Source: Oceanispirochaeta sp. (GTDB lineage Bacteria; Spirochaetota; Spirochaetia; DSM-2461). Taken from it: DNA of 64,000 nt. The notes under the pieces are model-generated. The model was not told the origin of the DNA, did not search any database, and saw only the letters and a program-made list of their open reading frames with translations. The translations under genes were made by a program, and so were the position numbers. The number at the start of each line of letters is the position of its first letter. Position 1 is the stretch's first letter. This document shows, piece by piece, positions 18,578 through 27,891 of this stretch. The stretch is from assembly GCA_963663385.2 (NCBI GenBank), contig CAXXXD010000002.1, positions 928,001 through 992,000 on the forward strand, in the 5' to 3' direction.

Positions 18578-20222
18578 AAAGCCGAAGATAAACTTGTGGT
18601 CCACATCAACCTTAAGCTTATTGGTTCTATATACGATTTTTCTGATCATACCCCTGTTCATACTGCTGTCGGAGTCGTTTATAGATAGTAATACGGGACG
18701 ATTCACTTTGGAGAATTTCCAGAGATTTTTCAGCAAAAAATACTACTATTCCACCCTGTTGAATTCTTTTAAGGTTACTGTTTCGGTTACGGTTATTGCC
18801 GTATCCCTGGGTACAACTCTGGCGTATTTTTTTGCACGGTTTAAAATTAAGGGTGCCAAAACTTTAAGAATCCTGATTATTCTATCCAGTATGTCTGCCC
18901 CCTTTGTCGGAGCCTATTCCTGGATTCTGTTATTGGGAAGGAACGGAATCATCACTCAGTTTTTTGAAGGAATTTTTGGCATTACCATGCCCGATATCTA
19001 TGGATTCAAGGGGATTCTGCTTGTACTATCCCTGCAACTCTATCCGCTTATTTTCCTTTATGTTTCGGGAGCTCTGCACAATGTAGACAACTCTCTGCTG
19101 GAAGCTTCCGAGAATTTGGGCTGTTCCGGGCCCAAACGATTTTTCAAGGTTATTGTACCACTGATTTTTCCCACCGTTCTGGCCGGTGCGCTGCTTGTCT
19201 TTATGAGATGCTTCAGCGACTTCGGTACCCCCATGCTTATCGGGGAAGGGTATCGTACATTTCCAGTTACGATCTACGATGCCTACATGTCCGAATTAGG
19301 TGGAAATAACAGCTTCGCGGCAAGCATTGCCATTCTGGCTATCATTCTCACTCTGATTATCTTTTTAGCCCAGAGATGGATTGCCAACAAGCATGCCTTT
19401 ACGATGAACAGTATTAATAAAATCAGACCGATTCAGATTGAAGGTATCAAAAACATCCTGATACACATCTATGCCTATTTATTAATAACCCTGTCCATTG
19501 CTCCCCAGGCCTATGTTATATACACATCCTTCAGGAATGTTAACGGAACTGTATTCACAAGCGGCTATTCCCTGAATAATTATGTTATAGCCTTCTCCAA
19601 GATGGGCAATGCCATAAGAAATACCATTATCATACCGTTGACTGCTTTAACCTTTGTTCTCATCTTTGCCGTATTTATCGCTTATCTGGTAGTGAGAAAG
19701 AGATCAAAAATTACGGCCACAATCGATTCGGTTTCCATGGTCCCCTATATTGTACCGGGTATTGTTGTGGGTATTGCCCTGGCAAACGCCTTCAGCCGTC
19801 CGCCAATTGTATTAACAGGCAGTATGACAATCATGGTCATCGCCCTTATAATCAGACGTCTGCCTTACACAATCCGTTCGAGTGTTGCCACTTTACAGCA
19901 GATCCCCATAACAATTGAAGAAGCAGCACTATCATTGGGGGCCAGCAATATAAAAACATTCTGGAAAATTACCATTCCCATGATGTCCGCCGGTATCATA
20001 TCCGGAGCAATTTTATCCTGGATAACCATGATTTCAGAACTGGCTTCGGCTATTCTCCTTTATACCGGTAAAACAAGAACTCTGACGGTAGAAGTTTACA
20101 CCCAGGTTCTCCGGGGTAATTACGGTGTAGCCGCTGCTCTGGCCGCAATCCTTGCCGTTTTAACAACCCTGTCTCTGGTACTCTTTAACAAGTTTAATAA
20201 AGGTCAGGATTTGTCAATGTAA
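18567..20222 (+). CDS. ABC permease (AfuB/FbpB family, duplicated domain)
   Basis: Two EAA loops (LLEASENLG; IEEAALSLGA), DFGTP, about 12 TM segments. Confidence 0.9.
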   Translation: MKIRKPKINLWSTSTLSLLVLYTIFLIIPLFILLSESFIDSNTGRFTLENFQRFFSKKYYYSTLLNSFKVTVSVTVIAVSLGTTLAYFFARFKIKGAKTLRILIILSSMSAPFVGAYSWILLLGRNGIITQFFEGIFGITMPDIYGFKGILLVLSLQLYPLIFLYVSGALHNVDNSLLEASENLGCSGPKRFFKVIVPLIFPTVLAGALLVFMRCFSDFGTPMLIGEGYRTFPVTIYDAYMSELGGNNSFAASIAILAIILTLIIFLAQRWIANKHAFTMNSINKIRPIQIEGIKNILIHIYAYLLITLSIAPQAYVIYTSFRNVNGTVFTSGYSLNNYVIAFSKMGNAIRNTIIIPLTALTFVLIFAVFIAYLVVRKRSKITATIDSVSMVPYIVPGIVVGIALANAFSRPPIVLTGSMTIMVIALIIRRLPYTIRSSVATLQQIPITIEEAALSLGASNIKTFWKITIPMMSAGIISGAILSWITMISELASAILLYTGKTRTLTVEVYTQVLRGNYGVAAALAAILAVLTTLSLVLFNKFNKGQDLSM

Positions 20223-20242
20223 TGTCGCGGAGAACAGATCCG

Positions 20243-20300
20243 GCACAATTGCTGATGGTACATGAACTATCGGCAATTGTGTTATTTCTTCTTTTTATTT
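20243..20300 (+). terminator. Rho-independent terminator
   Basis: GCACAATTGCTGATGGT / ACTATCGGCAATTGTGT stem followed by a T-rich tract. Confidence 0.7.
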
Positions 20301-20420
20301 CTTACGGGTAAAACTCTACTAACTGTTAATTTTAGCAATATTTTTAGGGGTATAGTGTTCCCCGCCAGCTGACTTTTCCGTTGACTTAGTATTGTCTAAT
20401 AAATCAAACTGAGAAATTTG
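20296..20420 (-). pseudogene. Possible remnant of an N6-adenine DNA methyltransferase (HsdM-like)
   Basis: Minus-strand translation ...KSAGGEHYTPKNIAK, continuing after a frameshift as LTVSRVLP; resembles the G(E/Q)(F/H)YTP motif X. Confidence 0.3.
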
Positions 20421-20518
20421 ATTTCCTGTCCAGACATAAGGGCCCACTATACAGCTTAAGGGATTTTTTTTGTCCAGAAAACCTGAAAAAGAAATCGCAC
20501 CCTTTAGATTTACTATTA

Positions 20519-20547
20519 ATGACAAATGAAAACGTTTACTATATAAT
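20519..20547 (+). promoter_or_regulatory. Promoter of the LacI gene with operator in the spacer
   Basis: ATGACA-N17-TATAAT; ATGAAAACGTTTACTAT (20526-20542) matches the operators at 25646 and 25671. Confidence 0.65.
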
Positions 20548-20556
20548 TTCTATAAT

Positions 20557-21579
20557 ATGAAAAAACGTGTTTCAATTGGAGATGTAGCTAAGCTGGCAAA
20601 AGTTTCAATTGCTACAGTATCAAGAGTGATTAATGATACCGGGTATCCTGTATCAAAAGAAGCAAGGGAGCGGATTCTTGATGCCGTTGATCAATTAAAC
20701 TACACACCTAGCTATGCTGCCCAGAGACTCCGAAGAGATTTTAATCCTGTGATTGGTCTGATTGTTAGAGACATCGCTAATAGTTTTTTTGGGGAAATTG
20801 CCAAAGGTGCGACTGAACGCGCTATGGAACTTGGACATCTGTCTTTTGTTTGTAATACAGGAAGAGATGCTGTAAATGAGATGGAGTTTCATGAGTTACT
20901 CTGGAAAAACAGGGTTAGGGGAATCCTCTTAATTGGAGGAGGGATAGATACTCCTGAATATCAGAGAATGATGGAAAAACAGATTCTACGTTGTAATAAA
21001 TTCGGATTAAGGATTGTTGCAAATGCTCCGCAGGGGGTTGATCTTCCAATGGTAACGGTAGATCTGGAGAAAATCAGTTTTGAGATAACCGAGTATTTAT
21101 TAAAACTGGGGCATCAATCCATAGGGTTGATTACCGGAGAGCAAGGTGTCATGACCAGTAGAAGGCATCTTGACGGGTATTCCAAGGCCCTATCTAACCA
21201 ACAAATACCGGTAGATATGAACCTGATAAGATTAGAGGCTTTTACCGAAAAATGTGGATACAGATCCTGTAAGGAAATGCTTGAATCCCAACTTAAACCA
21301 ACAGCTATTTGCTGTGGTTGTGATCCAATTGCCGTGGGAGTCCTTCATGCTCTTCATGAGGCTAACCTGAAGGTTCCAGAGGACGTATCTCTAATTTCTA
21401 TTGGAGACACTCCGATGGCAAGTCATTTGAGACCCGCTCTCTCCAGCGTTTGTGTCCCCCGGTATGAAATGGGAGCAAAAGCGGTCGAATTAATCTTATC
21501 TAATAATGTTGATAATTCCTATATTGAGAATCTTCCATATAGATTTATTGAGAGGGATTCAGTAAAATCCCTGCTTTAA
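20557..21579 (+). CDS. LacI-family transcriptional regulator
   Basis: IGDVAKLAKVSIATVSRVIN, hinge YTPSYAAQRL, VPEDVSLI. Confidence 0.95.
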   Translation: MKKRVSIGDVAKLAKVSIATVSRVINDTGYPVSKEARERILDAVDQLNYTPSYAAQRLRRDFNPVIGLIVRDIANSFFGEIAKGATERAMELGHLSFVCNTGRDAVNEMEFHELLWKNRVRGILLIGGGIDTPEYQRMMEKQILRCNKFGLRIVANAPQGVDLPMVTVDLEKISFEITEYLLKLGHQSIGLITGEQGVMTSRRHLDGYSKALSNQQIPVDMNLIRLEAFTEKCGYRSCKEMLESQLKPTAICCGCDPIAVGVLHALHEANLKVPEDVSLISIGDTPMASHLRPALSSVCVPRYEMGAKAVELILSNNVDNSYIENLPYRFIERDSVKSLL

Positions 21580-21659
21580 ATATGATTGAAATCAAAAAAA
21601 AAGTTGTGATAATGACTGTTGTTATCATTATCACAACTGGTTCTTTACCTATTGCTGGT

Positions 21660-23516
21660 TTATGCTATTTTTGTAATTTTCTGTTTAGTAATTAGCCATC
21701 TTCCAAGGAATAGAAGCGTTACGATTCCAGCTGCAGTCAAATCACTAAAGAATCCCGGTTTTAAAAGTAGAATTGCTGAACCAAAAAGCAGCACTCTTGA
21801 GAAAATACTCCATTTACCCAGAAAATACCCTTCAATCGCAGCTACAAGACAGCAAATTCCAAAGATAGCTGTTATAATGGCTAGGACTATTGAGAGAGGG
21901 GCTCCCACCATAAGTAACTCGGGTGAGAATACAAATATAAAAGGAATGATATAACCGGGTAAACCATAGATAAACCCACGTACTGCCACTTCCGTCGGAC
22001 TTGTTTTTGCAATTCCAGCAGCTGTATATGATGTAATAGCGACAGGTGGAGTTAAACCGGCTACCGCAGCAAACAAGAAAATAAACATATGGGCACTTAG
22101 AGGCTCTGCCCCCATTGAAACAAGCGGTTTTACCAGGGTAGCGGCCAGGATTATATAAACAGCTGTAATAGGCATTCCTGTACCCAGAATTATTGCAGAG
22201 ATCATTGTCAAAATCAGCCCCAGCAGGAGGTTTCCATGAGCGAAGCTTATCAGACCGCTAGCTATTTTGGTACCAAGTCCCGTTACTCCTATAACTCCAA
22301 CAATTATTCCAGCCCCGGCGCAAGCAACCGCAATGGGAACTGTCTGTTTTGATCCTTGATAAAAGGCTTCAATTACATTAGTAAACCATTTTGCAGGATT
22401 CCTCATTGAAATTAACGCTATAATTATTGTCAGAACTGTTGCCCAGAATGCTACTCTTAACGGACTCCAACCTGCAATAATAAAGACAATGAGAAACAAC
22501 AGGGGTAAACCATGGTATCCCCTCTTTAGTAAAGCATCTTTGATATCCGGTAGTTCTTCGGGGGGTAAACCTTTTAAATCAGCTTTTACAGCTCTTATAT
22601 CAGTTATTAAAAACAGGGATATATAAAATAGAATTGCAGGAATAAGAGCTGCTTTAGCAATAGAAAGATAAGGGACATTCAGATATTCTGCCATAATGAA
22701 TGCTCCTGCTCCCATTACGGGAGGCAGAAACATACCACCAGTAGAAGCTACAGCTTCTACTGCGCCAGCAATCTTTGGTTGAAAACCGATTTTCTGCATG
22801 AGAGGTATGGTAAAAGTCCCAGTAGTTACAACATTTGCTACAGGAGATCCTGAAACTGTTCCCATAAGGGCACTGGCTACTACAGAGGTCTTTGCGGGGC
22901 CTCCACGGTATCTTCCGGTCAGAGCATAGGCGAGGTCGACAAACCATTCACCTCCCCCCAAACCGCTCAACATGGAACCGAAAATCACAAAGGCGATTAT
23001 GAATGTGGATGAGATACCTAAAGCCACTCCGAATATCCCTTCTGCAGTAAGATAGAGAAAGTTAATCAATCTGGAGAGTTTTACTCCGGAATGTCCAAGA
23101 AATCCCGGAAATATTGGGCCAAGTAGAGCATACACAAGAAAAAAGCTTGCGGTAATTGTAAGACCCCAACCGACTGTAAGTTTTATTGCCAGAATTAATA
23201 CAGCCAGTGCTAAAATGCCCATTATCATATCAAGATTTGATATATCCCCAATTCCGAATATCCTTTGACGCCAGGTTAAGAGTACATAAATACTTGATGC
23301 GAATGCTGCGGCTGCCATGAAAATCTTTCCTGACTTACCCCAGATTGTTTTTGTTTCTAAAACGAGGTATGCAGCAGTTGACATGAATAGCCAATGCAGG
23401 GCCCTTTGCGTTAATGTACTGAAGCTTCCGAATCCACAGGTGAAGAAAAAAATTAGTGAGCTTAAGATTAATAACCACTTAACAAATACATTTATCCACG
23501 AAGCTTTTTCTTTCAT
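21660..23516 (-). CDS. TRAP transporter fused permease (4TM/12TM, TAXI-associated)
   Basis: EGIFGVALG, GGPAK..V.AS, SGSPVANV.TTG.FTIP, EAVASTGG..LPPVMGAGAF, TPPVA. Confidence 0.92.
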   Translation of the reverse strand: MKEKASWINVFVKWLLILSSLIFFFTCGFGSFSTLTQRALHWLFMSTAAYLVLETKTIWGKSGKIFMAAAAFASSIYVLLTWRQRIFGIGDISNLDMIMGILALAVLILAIKLTVGWGLTITASFFLVYALLGPIFPGFLGHSGVKLSRLINFLYLTAEGIFGVALGISSTFIIAFVIFGSMLSGLGGGEWFVDLAYALTGRYRGGPAKTSVVASALMGTVSGSPVANVVTTGTFTIPLMQKIGFQPKIAGAVEAVASTGGMFLPPVMGAGAFIMAEYLNVPYLSIAKAALIPAILFYISLFLITDIRAVKADLKGLPPEELPDIKDALLKRGYHGLPLLFLIVFIIAGWSPLRVAFWATVLTIIIALISMRNPAKWFTNVIEAFYQGSKQTVPIAVACAGAGIIVGVIGVTGLGTKIASGLISFAHGNLLLGLILTMISAIILGTGMPITAVYIILAATLVKPLVSMGAEPLSAHMFIFLFAAVAGLTPPVAITSYTAAGIAKTSPTEVAVRGFIYGLPGYIIPFIFVFSPELLMVGAPLSIVLAIITAIFGICCLVAAIEGYFLGKWSIFSRVLLFGSAILLLKPGFFSDLTAAGIVTLLFLGRWLITKQKITKIA

Positions 23517-23518
23517 GA

Positions 23519-24499
23519 TTACTGCTCCAGAAGGTTATTTTCCCGATAATACCTTTCAGCACCAGGATGGAGAGGTATTGGCATATCCGCTGCAGTTTCC
23601 AGTGTGAAAGCCCTGGCAGCAGGATGGGAATCATTAATTTTGGTTGGATCTTCCATTAAGGCCTTTAATATCTGGTAAACAGTCTCTTCTGAAAGCTTAT
23701 TATCAACGACTACCATATTCGTGCTTTTAAAAGTCACTATGTCTGAATCTGTTTCATATACTGATGCTGGTATTGTAAAAGAGGAGTAATAAGGGTGAAC
23801 TAGATTAACTTTATCAATAACATTTGCCGGAACCGGGATTAATCTGAAATCTTTACCAGTTTCCTTGAGTTGCTTTAATGCAGGGCTTGGCATAGCCGCC
23901 TGAATGATAATAGCATCCAGATTCCCATCTGATAGCATGGTTGCGCTTTCACCATAAGAAAGGAAAGTAGCAGTAACATCATCAATAGTAAAACCGGCAG
24001 CCTCAAACGCATATTTTGAGATCTCCACTCCCAAACCGCCTTGTGGTCCAAGTGAAATCCTCTTGCCTTTTAAATTATAGAAATCTTTAACATCCGAGTC
24101 TTTTAACACTGCAATCTGATAAATACCCTGTGTGAGATTGCTGAATAATCCACTAATCCTGGGATTAGGTTCAGAAAAGGGAGATAATCCATTTAATCCT
24201 CTGTAGGCAGATGCGTTTGATGTTATGGCAATTTTAACACTGCCTTCCTGGATAAGACGAATATTATCTACAGCTCCCCCGGTTACCTGTGCTGTTGCCT
24301 GGGTGTCGAGTTTATCTGTCAAGATTTCAGCCATTGCAATTCCTATCGGATAGTAGGCACCTCCGGTTCCTGCCGTTCCAATTTCAATAAATCTTGGAAT
24401 ATCTCCGTTTCCTTCTTTTTGTCCTTCCGAATAAAGAGTAACGGAAAACAGGAGAATCATACAAAGTGAAAATATAAAAGTAGATGTTTTTTTTAACAT
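23519..24499 (-). CDS. TAXI-family TRAP solute-binding protein
   Basis: IGTAGTGGAYYPIG, TGGAVDN, LKGKRISLG, PLHPGAERYY; start at 24499 has a GGAGG SD. Confidence 0.92.
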   Translation of the reverse strand: MLKKTSTFIFSLCMILLFSVTLYSEGQKEGNGDIPRFIEIGTAGTGGAYYPIGIAMAEILTDKLDTQATAQVTGGAVDNIRLIQEGSVKIAITSNASAYRGLNGLSPFSEPNPRISGLFSNLTQGIYQIAVLKDSDVKDFYNLKGKRISLGPQGGLGVEISKYAFEAAGFTIDDVTATFLSYGESATMLSDGNLDAIIIQAAMPSPALKQLKETGKDFRLIPVPANVIDKVNLVHPYYSSFTIPASVYETDSDIVTFKSTNMVVVDNKLSEETVYQILKALMEDPTKINDSHPAARAFTLETAADMPIPLHPGAERYYRENNLLEQ

Positions 24500-24631
24500 A
24501 TTAATCCCTCCTTTGGGATTGAATGAACCGGAATGATGAAAATATATTATAATCTTCAACATTCCTGTTCTTACCATCAAAATATTGAATATAATACTGT
24601 TTAGATGAAAATGCTTTAGAAGCTGTCGGAT

Positions 24632-25567
24632 TTATGAAATTCTGCTTAGTCCGGCTGCTTTTACTGCTTCATGGATCTCAGTTTCCGCACCAGCCTCTAA
24701 TGGGAGAAGAGGTGATCTTACTGTTGCGTGTTCAAGAATCCCTCTGGCAACCAGAGCATGTTTCAGAGCCACAGTTCCTTCCATATGAGACCCTCTATGG
24801 TAGATGGATTTAGTGATTGGCATTAATTGATCATGGATTTTTTTAGCTTCAGGGTAATTCTGTGCTTTTCCGGCTTTGATAAAAGCGACAAGTAATTCGG
24901 GAGCAACATTTCCATAGCCAACAAGAAGGCCGTCAACATCAAAAATGGTATGAAGCAGGTATTCATCATGGCAACTGAGAATTTGCAGGTCAGGTCTTTC
25001 TTTACGAATGACTGGAATTTCCGTATCCCATCTTCTCATGTTTCTCACTCCATTTTTCATGGCAAATACACCGGGTTGTGCTGCTATATCAAGCATAGTT
25101 TCAAGATCATATGTACATTTTGTGACATCCGGATATTGAAAAAGGATAAGAGGGAGACCGCTCTTATCGAAAACCTGTTTGTATTTGTCCTGTGGAGCAC
25201 CATTCTGATAACCAAAACGGAGCCATCCGTGAGAAGGATAAAGGAGGCCTGCTGATGCTCCGGATTTTACAGCTCTTTTAGCTTCTTCTGCGGCAACTTC
25301 AGTTCCTTCTTTTGTTATGCCTGCAATAATCGGGATCTCTCCGTTTACAGCTTCAACAAATGCTTCAATAACCTTCATTTGTTCATCATCCGATAAAAAT
25401 GTACCTTCCCCGGCATGACCGAGTACAGTCAAACTTTTTACCCCTTCGATACTTCCCAGCCATGATCCCAACTTTTTAATAGCAGGGTAATCAACATCTC
25501 CATCTTTTGTAAAAGGTGTTACGGGGGCGGGATTTAATCCTTTTAAATCAATTTCAATTTTACTCAC
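24632..25567 (-). CDS. DapA/NAL-family class I aldolase or dehydratase, atypical subfamily
   Basis: PVTPF..DG.VD, GHAGEG, Schiff-base Lys in FAMKNG, VRSPLLPL. Confidence 0.85.
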   Translation of the reverse strand: MSKIEIDLKGLNPAPVTPFTKDGDVDYPAIKKLGSWLGSIEGVKSLTVLGHAGEGTFLSDDEQMKVIEAFVEAVNGEIPIIAGITKEGTEVAAEEAKRAVKSGASAGLLYPSHGWLRFGYQNGAPQDKYKQVFDKSGLPLILFQYPDVTKCTYDLETMLDIAAQPGVFAMKNGVRNMRRWDTEIPVIRKERPDLQILSCHDEYLLHTIFDVDGLLVGYGNVAPELLVAFIKAGKAQNYPEAKKIHDQLMPITKSIYHRGSHMEGTVALKHALVARGILEHATVRSPLLPLEAGAETEIHEAVKAAGLSRIS

Positions 25568-25645
25568 AAGCTTCTCCTAAGTTTTTTTTGTTATAATTTG
25601 TCAGGAAATAGGTCCTGGTTCTGTGTATACAAGATTCAATACACC

Positions 25646-25697
25646 ATAGAAAACGTTTTCTATATTTATTATAGTAATCGTTTTCTATTCTTGTCAA
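25646..25697 (-). promoter_or_regulatory. sigma70 promoter with two LacI-type operators
   Basis: TTGACA-N18-TATAAT on the minus strand; perfect palindrome ATAGAAAACGTTTTCTAT (25646-25663) and ATAGTAATCGTTTTCTAT (25671-25688). Confidence 0.8.
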
Positions 25698-25916
25698 GAA
25701 AAAGTTTCCTCTGAATAATTCCTTAATACATTTTTCTTTTCTATAATGTTAATTTATTGTATAACAATTAAATAAATATGAATCAGGACTAGGGGAGGTT
25801 CTAGTATGAATTCATTTAATTTTTATCTTTTAAAAAAAAGAAAAGGTGTAGTTTGAAAAAGGAATGATCAAAAAAGAGGGAATGAGATTAACTGTCGGCT
25901 ATTTTTACAATACCCC

Positions 25917-27719
25917 TCAATACCCCAAAAACTCCTTAATCTTCGGCAGAAAAAACGGCCCATACTGCTCCAGCTTCGTCTCACCCACACCGGAAACCCG
26001 TAAAAATCCACTATTATCCACAGGCTTGAGCGCACTCATCTCCCGCAGGGTTTTATCTGAAAAAATCACATAAGGCGGCACATTCTTCTTCCGGGCCAGT
26101 TCTGTCCGGACTTCTTTCAGCAGATCAAACAGATCCGTATCGTAGTTGCCCGATTTGGCAAAGAGATCTTCCTCACCCGTGGGGACTTTCGGGAGTTTGT
26201 CATCCTTTTTGATAATAAAGAAAGGCTCCCGGCCGAAGAGGATCTCCCGGCCTTTGGGAGTCAGTTTCAGGGCGTTATAGGACTCCGCATCCTGAATAAC
26301 AGCCTTCTGGCTGATCAGCTCCTCTACAATCCCGCGCCACCACTTCTTGCTTTTGTCCTTTCCCACCCCGTAGGTCTTGATATTCTCATGGCCCATCCGC
26401 CGGATCTTCTCCGTATCCGCTCCCTGTACTATATCTATTACATGGGTCAGGCCGAATCGCTCTTCCGTACGAATAACAGCAGACAGGATCTTCTGGGCAT
26501 CCACGGAGCCGTTGACCTTTTCGATCTCGCCTGTGCATATATCGCAGAACCCGCAGTCATCCTCTGCCGGTTCGTCGAAGTACTCCAGGATCTGCTTCCG
26601 GCGGCATACATTGACAGAAGCATAGTTGGCCATCCGCTGCATATTCTGCCGGGCCCGTTCCTTCTCTTCCGGATTTTCCATTTGATCGATAAAGTACTGG
26701 AGTTTCACCAGATCTCCGGCGGAGTAGAGGAGCAGACAGTGGGATTCCAGGCCGTCCCGTCCGGCCCGTCCGGTCTCCTGGTAGTAGCCTTCCATACTTT
26801 TAGGGAGGTCTCCGTGAATCACAAAACGGATGTTGCTCTTGTCAATTCCCATGCCGAAGGCGATGGTCGCCACAATCACATCCACTTCATCCCGGTTGAA
26901 CATCTCCTGGTTCTCCTCCCGGGTGGCCTGGGGCAGCCCCGCATGGTAGGGGAGGGCTTTGATTCCGCTGGCCGCCAGGTGGGCGGCGGTTTTCTCTACA
27001 TCCTTCCGGCTGGTCCGGTAGACTATCCCCGCCTGGTCGGAGTGATCCAGGATAAAGCCGGTAATCTGACGCAGAACCTTCTCCTTGCGGTCAACCCGGT
27101 AGAACAGTTCCTTTCTGTTGAAAGACGCCCGTACCAGAAAGGGGTTTTTCAAACGGAGAATCCGGACGATATCATCCTGAACTTTCTTGGTGGCGGTGGC
27201 GGTAAAAGCAGCGATGGGAACATCTGGAAATGCTTCCCGAATCCGGGAAAGTACCAGGTAGTCGGGACGGAAGTCGTGGCCCCACTCGGAGAGGCAGTGG
27301 GCTTCATCAATGGCAAAGAATTTAACCGGCCACTCTTTCAGTTTTTCCAGGTATCCGTCCAGGGCCAGCCGTTCGGGTGAAATGTAGAGCAGTTTGATCT
27401 CTCCTGCGTAAAGCCGGGCATAGGTAACGGAGGCTTCCTCGGCATTCAGGGTGCTGTTGATGAATACAGCGGGTATCCCCGTCTCCACAGCCGCATCCAC
27501 CTGATCCTTCATCAGGGCTATCAGGGGGCTAATGACGATAGTTAGCCCCTCCAGGCAGAGAGCGGGGATCTGGTAGCAGATGGATTTTCCCCCTCCCGTA
27601 GGCATGGAGGCAAAGGCATCTTTTCCGTTCAGTACCGCTTCAATAATCTCTTTCTGATTGGGACGGAAGGCATCGTAGCCGAATTGTTTCTGCAGGTAGG
27701 TGAGGGGCATTTTTGTCAT
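25917..27719 (-). CDS. recQ: ATP-dependent DNA helicase RecQ
   Basis: MPTGGGKS, DEAHC.SEWGHDFRP, TATAT, QETGRAGRDG, Zn-binding cysteines, RQC and HRDC domains. Confidence 0.96.
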   Translation of the reverse strand: MTKMPLTYLQKQFGYDAFRPNQKEIIEAVLNGKDAFASMPTGGGKSICYQIPALCLEGLTIVISPLIALMKDQVDAAVETGIPAVFINSTLNAEEASVTYARLYAGEIKLLYISPERLALDGYLEKLKEWPVKFFAIDEAHCLSEWGHDFRPDYLVLSRIREAFPDVPIAAFTATATKKVQDDIVRILRLKNPFLVRASFNRKELFYRVDRKEKVLRQITGFILDHSDQAGIVYRTSRKDVEKTAAHLAASGIKALPYHAGLPQATREENQEMFNRDEVDVIVATIAFGMGIDKSNIRFVIHGDLPKSMEGYYQETGRAGRDGLESHCLLLYSAGDLVKLQYFIDQMENPEEKERARQNMQRMANYASVNVCRRKQILEYFDEPAEDDCGFCDICTGEIEKVNGSVDAQKILSAVIRTEERFGLTHVIDIVQGADTEKIRRMGHENIKTYGVGKDKSKKWWRGIVEELISQKAVIQDAESYNALKLTPKGREILFGREPFFIIKKDDKLPKVPTGEEDLFAKSGNYDTDLFDLLKEVRTELARKKNVPPYVIFSDKTLREMSALKPVDNSGFLRVSGVGETKLEQYGPFFLPKIKEFLGY

Positions 27720-27891
27720 TTGCTGTATCTTACAGATTAAATAGAATCCCTGCATCAATCCGGGGACTGAATTCGTAAAAAAACTTGATCAGTTTTCCGA
27801 GGAAGGATTGAAAAGGCTGGAGATAGATGCCCGCTGAATAACAATATCAGGGCATTCTGGTAATAATCCCCTGTTCTTATATAATGAAAGA

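Noticed and set aside
20319..20525. 68-aa ORF as a functional small gene
   Set aside because: No SD, overlaps the lacI promoter region; only the short methyltransferase-like motif is notable and is reported as a possible relic
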